This document shows, one piece after another, positions 41,257 to 52,200 of a stretch of 64,000 bases of DNA. Numbering within the stretch: position 1 is the stretch's first letter; every line of letters begins with the position of its first letter. The position numbers and the translations under genes are program-made. Location of the stretch: contig CM120641.1 of assembly GCA_051362555.1 (NCBI GenBank), positions 17,360,001 to 17,424,000 of the forward strand, given 5' to 3'. The DNA is from Lingula anatina (lineage: Eukaryota; Animalia; Brachiopoda). The notes under the pieces are model-generated. The model was not told where the DNA came from and did no database searches. It saw only the letters and a list, made by a program, of their open reading frames with translations.

Positions 41257-44200
41257 ATGATTTCAAACAAAATGGATACCACAACATATGACAAAGACAG
41301 CGATGTTCTAATCACCAAAATGCGGCATATATCAAGTTATCCAGAAGACTATCCGTCGTGGCTTTATCCTGCGGTCGGCGCTGTCACGGGGGTTTTGTTG
41401 ATATTTTGCATCGGAATTTGCGTCTGGAAGATTTTGCTCAGCAGAAAAAGTTCACAGGCAAAACTTTCCATAGCGAATGCCTTTCGTCCGGGTGTGAACA
41501 GAAATCCCATCGACTTCATAGTGCCCATTTCTCCGACTTTCTCTGACTCTGACCTGGAGTCCGGGGCGCAAGTGGAACCATCTAGACTGGCACAGCGTCG
41601 ATTCAGTCTCGCTGGCAGGGCACTTAATCTGTCACAAGAAGTGATTTCAGAAGAAGAAAGACGCTCTAGCCAGGAGACGGATTATAACAAACCTGTACCT
41701 CAGAAACCTATTGTTGCTGCATTAGCGGGCAGACGCCAGAGTGGCATTAACTTGGAAAACTACCTTGGTCATCGCAGAGCCAGTTCCACGGGGCTTGGCG
41801 GAGGTAGTTCAACGCCTGGTTCGGCGCCCGGCCCGCAAACCCCACGCCAGTACATGCGACGTGGTAGCTCAAGTGGGTTTCTACCCAGACGAGGCAGCAT
41901 GAGCACATTTGAAATACAGCCTGATGAACTGGCTGTGCATTTGTATAACCCAGGATCCGACAGCGCTGATGAATACCACATGACTCCTACTTCTGCTCTT
42001 GGTAAAGTGTGCTTTTCCCTGGCGTACGACCGAAGTATAGAAAGACTAAGTGTTGAGTTGATTCGCGCCGTCCATCTTTCTTGTAAACAGCTAAAAGAAA
42101 CAGCTGATCCATACGTAAAACTATTCTTACTCCCAGACAAAAAGCCAAAGTTTATATCTAAAATAAAACGGGGAACCACCAGTCCAATATTTGAGGAAAC
42201 TTTTTATTTCTTTATAAAGCCAGACGATATCAAATCCCGCACGCTCCGGATGGTCGTCTGCGACTATGACAGGTTTTCCCGCCAAGTAGTGATCGGTTAT
42301 ATATCGTTCCCGTTGAAAGATGTTGACCTGTTGGCAGTTGACAAAACAGACGACATTTGGAGAGAAGTTACAGAAGACATACCGGTAAGCTGTCGATAAT
42401 TTGTTAATGGGTTAAATATCGCCTATGGAATCAATTGTCACGTATCTCAAACCTTTAGCACAGGTACACAATCCTCCGGGACTATTACATAGACGATAAA
42501 ACCAACTGTCATCATGTCTTGCAAAAAACAGTTATATCTACCCCCCCCCCCCCCCTCTGCCAAGAAGAGAATCAGACTTGTTTAGAATCGGTGTTCATGT
42601 TCTACATTCAATAGTATGAAAGCTAAAAAGCTTCAAAAACGGGGGGAATATTGCAAATAATTTTTTTATTTTCATTTATTTTCAAAATGAATTAATCCTA
42701 ACACAAACAGAAATCAGTTTGAAAATCAGTACTTGAAATCAATGTCAATCTTTTTTTTTTCAAGCAGTAGTTTTTCAATCTAACTGTCAAACAACTTAAT
42801 GTACATGCCATTCCATCTACGGAAATTTAGCCGCGCCGTCAGCTGATTCAGCGGTAGGTCCGTGTAGTTTATCCAGTGAGCACAGATGCCACCGTTTTGC
42901 GGTGTTGACTTATCTTAAATATTGTGTACACTCGTTCTAAACTTAGAGCCGCTAATCGATATAAGTTCTGATTAAAGAAATAACGGACTTTCAAAATTTT
43001 GATGACAACTTAGCTTATCAAGTTAGCAAAACAAGGACAACTTGTCAATATTATCATTTAATGTTTGCTGTCTGGTGAGCTTTGAAGATAGTTGCTACCC
43101 AATTCGGAGACCACTTTCCTCGCGGTGAGCCTTTACGATGACTTCGTTGGGGTATCAAAACAGCTTCACAAATACATGTAAACACACACGATGAGTTTGG
43201 TTTGAAATAAAATTGCTATTTACTTCAATATATTTTTTGTACGTGGTTGATCGATATAGTAGAGAGAGGCGAACGATAAAATCGAGTTAATGTCCTGAAA
43301 GTAAACATTACACGGTTGCCTAAATCTACCAATTGACCCACCTCCTAAATAAATGTCTTGCTCGGATATTGAGAAGCATACAGATTTGAGAAGCAACTAG
43401 AAATATAGAATATTCATAGGGTTGCCATTTAATCGAATGAAGATTTCATTGTTTCATATTATCTGCCTCTTGGTCACATTGTAGATTTCATAGTTAGTAC
43501 ATTGATTGGTTTTCATGGCTATATATAAATTGTGAGAATATAGCATGCAGGGACCATAAAGACCGCGATAGTTAATATCAATTTCAAAAAAATTGAAACT
43601 AACATCACGATTTCTTTGCTTTTGTATAATTGAAGATCCCGTCTTTATTTGTTTAATGAGCTGACTTAACCCAATGTACATTGTATTATACATCAATGGA
43701 GAAAAATATTTCAAAAAATGTTATGCTTTATAAACTATTGAGTTTTTAGGATATGTTTATATTTTTATCAGCGTCAGCTGTATCGAGGAGAAGTCCTGCT
43801 AACCCTATGTTTCGACTCGCACGTCGGTTCCCTAACAGTTGGGATCATTAAGGCGAAAGAACTGCAGCCGCCAGAGGCAGAGAGAGAAACAGGTATTATC
43901 TTGTGTCGTTCAACTTAAGTACAGAGGAATATGTCACTTGATTGTAAAGAATTGCAAAAATATCAGTCTAGATTTTTTGTTGATATCAAATCTAAGATAA
44001 AACTGTTATTTAATAGCAAACGGATTTGAATGTATTTTCAGAAATGTGTTTGAGCGCTCGATTTCTCTTCCAGCGGGAACGTACTTCAAAGTTTCTCTCA
44101 CGGTAGCAGAAAGAGTCATCAAGGCCAAAAGAACCAAAACGCACCGTAAAACGCACAACCCGGTCTTTAACGAAGAGTTCGTTATGACCGTCCAGCCGTC

Positions 44201-44384
44201 ACTGGTCAACCAGGTCAGCATCATGGTCTGTGCGTGCACGAGGAGTGGACTGGGCAGTTCGCGCCTGATAGGAAAGACGCTGGTTGGTCCCTTCATGTAC
44301 GCCACGGGACAGGGGTTTGAGCACTGGCGAGACATGCTGTCTTCACCGAGAACCCCAGTGGCAAAATGGCACGTGCTGTCATAA
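41257..44384 (+). CDS. Synaptotagmin-like protein (Syt15-like), about 519 aa; exons 41257-42384, 43772-43892, 44074-44384
   Basis: N-terminal TM helix (AVGAVTGVLLIFCIGICVW), a linker, C2A (ADPYVKLFLLPD...DYDRFSR) and C2B (GEVLLTLCF...NPVFNEEF...EHWRDMLSSPRTPVAKWHVL). Splice phases 0 and 1 are consistent. Several Ca2+-ligand aspartates are missing. The start codon and subfamily are uncertain. Confidence 0.9.
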
Positions 44385-45285
44385 TAATTTTAAAGGATTT
44401 ACCGTTATTACAACGTTACTTATTGCTTGTGTTCACTAGCAGCTTTGAACATATTTAATACACACCATTCTGTACGTACGGAATGCCAGGGTATAACGTA
44501 CACTTTCATATTGGAAGCGGCTACATAGATTCAGTGTCCCAGTATTATCTTGCCTGCATGACCCTACCAGTTATTAGTACATCTGGGACAGAACGGGGTT
44601 TTCGTCATTCTGTTATTTTTCAAGGCCTGATGTCAGGGCCTACATATCCCCAGCTAGATTCAACAAAGTCTTTCCACCTTCACCGTGTCATATATTCAAG
44701 CACGCCATGCAAACTTTATTAAGTACAAGGTGGTAATAATTGAGGCAGAGTAGCACTTGAAAACAAGGTATCAAAGCTGTAAAATGCACAGACTAAAATC
44801 AGTAAACGGAACTGGTAATTATTAGAAAGCACCAGGTGAAATATTAACAATAATCCTGCGAATTTAAGGATAATATAATCTGCATAAAATTAATGCTTTG
44901 GAGAATGATTTATAAACTGTGTCTTTATCTTCTGCTGTATTACAGCAAACAGGAGAAGCAAAGCTGTCAAATGGACAGGCATACATATGTCAAAGGGTTA
45001 ATCACATAAAAAAGTTTAACTAGGAAATGGCAAAAGTATAGACAGAAACATTGCAAAGACCCGAAGCCGGAGAAGTTTGGTACTGTAACGTTATAATTAG
45101 TAGAGAAAGAGATAGAAAAAGGAGTTCAAAAGAAAGTAAAAATGAAAGAAAAAATGGACAATTGCACTTTGCGTGAAAATAACTTAATAAAGGACATACT
45201 CAAAAAATAAAAAAATTACTCCCCCCCCCCCCCCCCCAAATGTAAAAAATGGCTGTGTTCGCAAAATTATTTTCAGTAAAACTTA

Positions 45286-45570
45286 AGCCATAAGACAGCC
45301 GTTAGACAAACTGTTTAAGTATGGGAATAAAATATGCCAAACATGCAGGTGTGTTGATCACCTTCCACACAGTTGCCATATTAAAAGTTATGTTTGTTTG
45401 TTTGCACACAGGAAACCTAAGTTAATAAATCTAATAGATAACAAAGGTAGTTGATCTGAAAAATTGACGTGTGTTTGGCCTTCGAAACGTAGTCCAGCAG
45501 ACGATATTGCAGCGAAGGGACATTTTTATGCTCCCGTTTACATAGTAAAGTTGTGCATGGATCACATAGA
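45286..45570 (+). repeat. Diverged direct repeat of 51845-52135
   Basis: Shared blocks, e.g. gacaaactgtttaa, ttcgaaacgtagtcca..cagacgatattg, ggacatttttatgctcccg and tgcatggatcaca. Confidence 0.85.
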
Positions 45571-45599
45571 AGCACTTCAGTAAAAAAACATCTTTGAAA

Positions 45600-46250
45600 A
45601 CATTCATAAGCAAACTGGATAACAACAGTTTATCAAAGCTTATGTATCTCAACGACCTGCTTTAACATAAAACCAGTACAAACTGAGTAGCAGGGATGGG
45701 AGATATCTTAAACAAATAAGAAGTGAATACTACAGAATCCCCATTAAACAAAATTGATGGGCCTTTAAAGAATATCATGAAAACCTTATTTTCACAGAAA
45801 TAAAAGGGAGAGAAGTATGCCGAGGACATAGAAAACATTTCAAACAAAACACAAAATATAAAAATTCCTTGAAACAGATCATTTTAAATGGGAAATACAT
45901 TTGGAAAGAATCCGTATTGGGGCCCACGATTTTGAAATTATGAGGGAAAGACATCAGAAGCCAGCTGTACTGCCTGTATAGTATCAGAACAAAAGTGCAA
46001 ACTATGAAAGCAGGGGATGAATATGAACTCCACTTCCTCCTCCACTGTCCAAGTTTCAAAACTAAATGACAGGTTATCTCCAAAAAATCTAAAGTATAAA
46101 ATTTCAACAGCCCAACAAAAAAGAATATGATAAAAACCTTTTAAAAAAAGTTGCAAACTTCATCACAAAAATTAGTAAAATAAGATCAGAACTACAAGAA
46201 CAACCACAAAGTCAACGCACTGATGTAGAGGCAAATATATTCTAAGTAGT
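45600..46250 (+). mobile_element. Decayed non-LTR retrotransposon (LINE) 3' fragment; its tail may resume at about 46690-46866
   Basis: Disrupted translation RHQKP...KCKL...DEYELHFLLHCPSF matches the C-terminal zinc-knuckle (E.HFLL.CP) motif of LINE ORF2; stops and frameshifts are present. Confidence 0.6.
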
Positions 46251-46262
46251 GTAGTAGTGTAA

Positions 46263-46690
46263 GGGCGTATTCCCAGAGCTTTTAGATCGATCTATCCCCG
46301 CGGGGAGTCTCACTAGATTACTGTCAGATAATCCGGCTTTTAAAAATGTCCGTTCCGCCTACTACAAGCTGTAAGGGAGTAATTAACTTTCGTGCCCGCT
46401 CGGCTGACAGCTATTAAGCGTGAACCCCTAGGGAGCTAGGTCGATCTAAAGTAGATCGATCTAATCTCTGGGAATGGGGTCTAGTACCCGATTCCCACAG
46501 ATTTTAGATCGATCTATCCCTGTGGGGAGTCTCACTAGATTACTGTCAGCTTAGCCGGCTGTCCCGCCTACTAAAGGCTGTAAAGGGATAATTAACTACC
46601 GTGAGCGCTCGGCTGACTGCAATTTAGCGTGAACCCCCAGGGAGTTAGGTCGATCCGGATGGATCGATCTAAATCTCTGGGAATGCACTC
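46263..46690. mobile_element. Head-to-tail pair of about 210-bp MITEs (46263-46481 and 46484-46690), PIF/Harbinger-like by their ends
   Basis: Each unit is bounded by ATTCCCA(G/C)AG..TTTTAGATCGATC / GATCGATCTAA(A)TCTCTGGGAAT inverted repeats; the internal sequences are clearly homologous; TAA/TA flanks. The superfamily is inferred. Confidence 0.8.
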
Positions 46691-46877
46691 TATGATACAT
46701 GTCTGATCGTCACATCATTCTATTATATATATGAACAGCAATAATATATACTATTGTTCATCTCAAAATATTACTATGCATTCATGTCATTCATCAGTAT
46801 ATCACGTACAAAATTGTTAGATCATAGTCACTGTTGCAAATGTGCTAGTATCAATAAAGGAATGATAATAGTATTGG

Positions 46878-48268
46878 GCACCAAACCCAATGTAGTTCAT
46901 TAACTCCATACAGAAGGTTTCACTCTTCGCCCCCTTCACTCTTCGCTGGCGTGTCTCGACCCAGAACCATCGTCACCGCTATCCAGCGGCTTGATAAAGT
47001 GTAGCATCCGGATATGTCATATAAACGGGTAGTATTTAAGATGCGCCAACATAGTGATTAACAGCGTCACACACACGTGACGTTGACCTTAATACTTTTG
47101 AAAAGGTCCTGTTTCATTTCAAAAGCATTTGAAATTTTCCCTGTGCACCAGGAAAAAAGCTAAAATGCTGCTAAAACATTTGAAACATTGCTTTTAATCT
47201 TTTTTTTTTTTTGTCAAGATGAATTAAATCCTTACAGAAACAGAAACCAGTTGGAACGCGCTTAACTTAAAAACGTTAATCGATATAAGTTCTGAATAAA
47301 GAAATAACGTGTTTTTAATATTTTCGTGGCAACTTAGCTCATCAAGTTAGCAAAACAAGGGCAACTTGTCAATATTATTATTTATACTAGCTTCACATTT
47401 TCTCAAGGAATTAAATCGAGGATTCAATCGAGTTTTTTTTTTTTTTTTGCTTTGTTTTATTTTTTAGCGGTTTCTTGGGGCATTGGAGTCACTTCATATC
47501 ATGGATATGAATCCATTCTATCATTTTACTCAATAGCCCCATCACATATAGCACAGCGATCGAGTATGTCCTGTTGAACATGTGCATAAGTTTCTAGCCT
47601 CTTCAACCATGCTTTTGTTTTCGATGTTCGAAATATTCTTTTAAGTGTATAAAATACTTGATGTTTTTTCTTTCACTTTCGACTGGACATATAGAAAACT
47701 GCGCATTCGCTAAACATATCAGCATGTAACATTGTTTTTATACCGCGGTAAAAAGTTTATGTCGATAGAATCCTACCCGTGTCGTGAGGAATATTATTTT
47801 GAATCGCGATCTGGCGACGCTAAATATTGCGTTCACACAAAAGGCTTTACATCGATAGAATTGCAATTAGGGCCCAAATTGAGCTTCAAAATACTGTGTA
47901 TGACTAGCGTAATACTGTACTGCTTTTGATCACTTCTCAGATTTTAGTTTATTCTCTATTATGTAAACCAGCGTAAATTAAAACTAGCATCACTATACCT
48001 CAGTATGAAGATGACGTCATTATTAGTTCAATTAGCTTCCTTAACCCAATATGCACGGTATTAATCGTCAGTGGATTTCAAAAAAAATATTATGTTTTAT
48101 TAACTATTGGAATTTTAGGATTTTTAAAATATATGTTTTATCAGCGTCAGCTGTATCGAGGAGAAGTCTTACTAACCCTCTCGACTCTCAGGTTGGGGGT
48201 TTGAGCATTGGCAAGACATGCTCTCTTCACCTAGAAATCCAGTGGCAAAATGGCACGTGCTCTCTTAA
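46878..48268 (+). pseudogene. Internally deleted, degenerate duplicate of the synaptotagmin gene
   Basis: 46878-47166 matches 40965-41260; 47215-47385 matches 42683-42725 plus 42951-43060; 48040-48190 matches 43666-43822; 48195-48268 matches 44311-44384. Nearly all of exon 1 and most of C2B are deleted. Confidence 0.85.
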
Positions 48269-49250
48269 CACTTTTAAAAGAATACCCACCGCCTCACCTC
48301 AATTAAAAGTACTCTCTCTCTCGTGTACTCGCTGCCATAACTGTATACATGTATACTGCCATTAAGAACTGCGTGATCTTTTGTTTTTTATTATTTGTGT
48401 ACGCCTTATGAAGATTTTTATATGTAAAACGTAGTAATCAAAATACAAATAATGTTACTAAATTTCAAATACTAATATTAGATGCAAAAATGAGTCCTTA
48501 TTCCTCTAAGATCATTCACTCTTTATATTTTTTGTATGTTTGTTCATCAGATTAATAATATTTTCTCCAGGAAAGTTATAAAAATAACCATCTCGAAAAA
48601 AGAGTTATCTATTATCACTGGCTAACTCTTCATGTAAAACGAATCGGACACGCGTCCTTGACATCGTAAAATTATACTGCAGGCTACATGTATAAATTCA
48701 GGATTCGCTTCAGGAAATAAGTATTGTTTCGATTGAAATTTCATTTCATGGAGCACAACTTTGGGTCCATTCGTGAAGTTGTGCGTAAGTAACTAACTCT
48801 GCTATTTTCTGCATTACGTATAGTATCTATGTTTGTTCATTCTGTTGACGACTGTAAGACATATGTCCTATGAGATACGTACTAAATGGGTCACATTCAC
48901 AAAAATTAATATATATTTGATAGCCATATTTTAGGAAGTGAATCTTTGAATCCAATTCCCACAAAGATGATCACAAGTAAAGATGGCAAATAAAAAATGA
49001 GACAGGTAGGAAAAAACATGAAAAGGTGAGAGGACGGTTATATCTTACCTTTATACAGTAGTAAAGTTTCATGGCTATGCAGTGTTCACTAAAAAGTATT
49101 CACAATCTTGTTCTGCGTGAGACAATTTTCTTGTCACGAATATACAAGTACAACAAACACATTTTTAAATGACATCACGATTTAATGGTTATATATTTAT
49201 ATATACACATCATTGTATCAAGAGAATAAAGTTTGATGATTTTTAAGTAC

Positions 49251-52200
49251 TCAACTATGTTTTTTAATTGTTTCCCGAATCCATCTTGCAAAGTTAGTCA
49301 CTTTTGTATAAATCCCAAACTTTCCTTTCTCTCCACACCCTTCTCCAAAACTTGTGACGCCATACACGTGCCAACGTGACCGATTTCCATGAGTGACCTC
49401 ACAAAGAAGCGGTCCCCCACTGTCCCCTGCGCAAGAATCCATTCCTCCAAATTTGTATCCTGCACAAAACTGGTTCCCGGTTATATGGTAGTCGAATGCA
49501 TTTTGACACGTTTGTAAGTCTACGATTGGAACCTGTGCTTCTCGCAATGCGTTTGCTCCGTATATGTGTGTTTCCTGTTTCTTACCCCAGCCAGTGATAT
49601 AACATAGTGTCCCTTGGGGGAGGGTTAAATTTTCTGGGGGAATACACACCGGTGCAATATACGTCCCAAATTTAACAGGCTGCTTTAATTTTAAAAGAGC
49701 TATATCACTGTCAACAGTGTCAAGATTAAAATCTGGATGTACGAATTCCTGAGTTATCCTCGTGTCTTCTTCACTTCCTTCCAGTTCTTCAAAATCGTGC
49801 TCTCCTATGCGAAGGACGACTCGTCTTCGACGCCCGTTTTTTCTGACGCAGTGAGCGGCTGTAAGCACCCACTGGGGAGCTATCAGTGTTCCGCCACAGT
49901 ACTGTTCTTTCCAGCGGTTCAATACAGCCACCTACAGACGAATAATAAAGTTAAGGACAATAAATAAGTAAATAGAAATGAATTAAGTTGACCGTACAAG
50001 AGATCCGAATTCGAAAAGCATGTATTTGTGAAACACCATATAAGGTAATGATTCGACCCAGTCCGTGGTCCAAACAGGGAATTATATCGTAGTCTAGATA
50101 TAATATACTTCCAGACTCCAAATGTCTTTTATTTACTTTATTTTGATCAAAACATGTTATTCATTGAATACACTGGGCTATTTGGTAACCTTGCAGTCGA
50201 ACACGCTTTGGAAAAATTCAAATCTTGATACTTGATAAAATGAGAAATTAGTAATTCAGCGCAAACTTGGCTGCACGTTGTTGTCACTTCCATTAATAGA
50301 CTAAATTTGAACCTGGCTGCTTGAAGAAATACTGTACGATGTTTGGATCTCACCGCGGTAATATATTTCGGTCGACGTATGCGTATTTAAAAATACACCT
50401 TAGAATTCTGAGTTTTGCATTTAAATACCCATATAATGTCAGAAATTAATTTAAACGATTTGCAGTCGTTTGCCTACTTCACCATCAGTATTTCTTCAAG
50501 CAGCCAGATTCTATTGCGCCATAAAATCATTTCATGTTGTGTTTCGGTGGGGCACACGTCATCATATTTAACCGTTTTAGAAATTACATATTTAGATTTT
50601 ATTATCAAGAACAATAATATTCTAAGTCTGACTCACTACTTAGGCTGAAACGGGTCGTTAGGTTGGCAAAATGAGTTACAACATATTAGAAGAGCGCCAT
50701 TACAAATACCTGCCACGGCCAGCTGCCCCTCCTTGCTTCACGTCCGCCAACAATTCGTAAAACTCCCTGGACTGTCCGAGTACCACACTGCATTGAATCT
50801 AGTCCACCCCAGGCTGGAATGTGCCCCTTTTTGGCTTTATCGCGCTCTGAAAATTAAAATATAAATTTGCGTTGGAATTAATATTTACGACTTTTATGCT
50901 AATGCTGTTAACTAGTTCCAAAATAACCCTTTTCTATAAAAAAAATCAGCAATTGCTGGTAAAGTTAAATGAACGATCTACGGATTCTAACATCTTGTAT
51001 CTCAATATTTGTTCTCTTATTATGACTCTGTAATTAAAAAAAATTGCAATTCGATTCATTATGTCAGGAATATTAACCTTTCCGATGAGTTCAAAACATT
51101 TTTCACTTAAAAAAATACAATCACAAGGTTTCTTTCTGCTTGAGAAATGCAGAAGTTGACGGGTAAACATTTACCCCTTCTATCTTTCCTTTTTCTTTCA
51201 TTGTGTGTAGTGACTTCAAAGTCTTCGTTTTTCACAGGACTATTTCTCAAATCACACTTTCCGGGCGTTCCACACGACCCCTCCTCTTCGATGCTCGTGT
51301 GTTTACAGAAAGCTTTGAACGCGCACGCCCTAGTCCTGTGTCGTCTGCACTGCTTAGAACACGGCGACCATTCCGACCACGATCGGTAGAAAATATCAAA
51401 CATTAAATCTTCCATATGCTTCCCTAGGGGTGATCTGTTATTCAACCGTATTTTGCAACGGAAATTTGGGCGCCAACACGCTCGTCTTTCCTTGATAACA
51501 CTGTTCCCGCAGACGTCCTTTTTAATACATTGTCTTGTTCTTCTCTCCTTACACCTTTTATTACATTTGGACCATGAGCTCCATTGTGAGTATATGTAAT
51601 CGAAATTCATGAAGTAATGCATCCCTTTCACTGTTTCGTTCACTATGGGAGAGTTCATCAGTTGTGTAGAAAGACGCGCCCTCAGTCGGTGACGTTCATG
51701 GGCCGTTTCCAAAATTCGCGGCTGAAAGAAAGAAAGAAAGAAAGCAAGAATTTTAGAAAGAGTGAGAGAAGTTCATTATCTTTTAAATAAATTTCGATAT
51801 TATTATCGCTAGCTTGGTTCTGTTAGCTAAAAAAAAGCCCCTTTAGCTATAAAACAGCAGTCTGACAAACTGTTTAATTAAATAGTACCACAGGTAAGTA
51901 AGCATGGAAATAACGTATGACGAAGATGCTGTGGATCACCCTCCACACATTTGTCATCTAAAAAGTAAACTGTTGGTTGATTTGTGCAGGGGAGACATAA
52001 GTAAAAAAATGTAGTTGGTCTGAAAAAAAGACTTGTGTTCGATTTTCGAAACGTAGTCCAACAACAGACGATATTGAACTGAATGGACATTTTTATGCTC
52101 CCGATTATATAGTAATATTATGCATGGATCACACTGTATTTTTAAAAAGTCTTCCATTTAGTTATTGTAAATGACAGAGTTTTTAAACAACACTTGACGG

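Noticed and set aside
41769-44335. Antisense ORFs in the synaptotagmin exons (136 aa, 109 aa)
   Set aside because: Shadow frames; no independent evidence.
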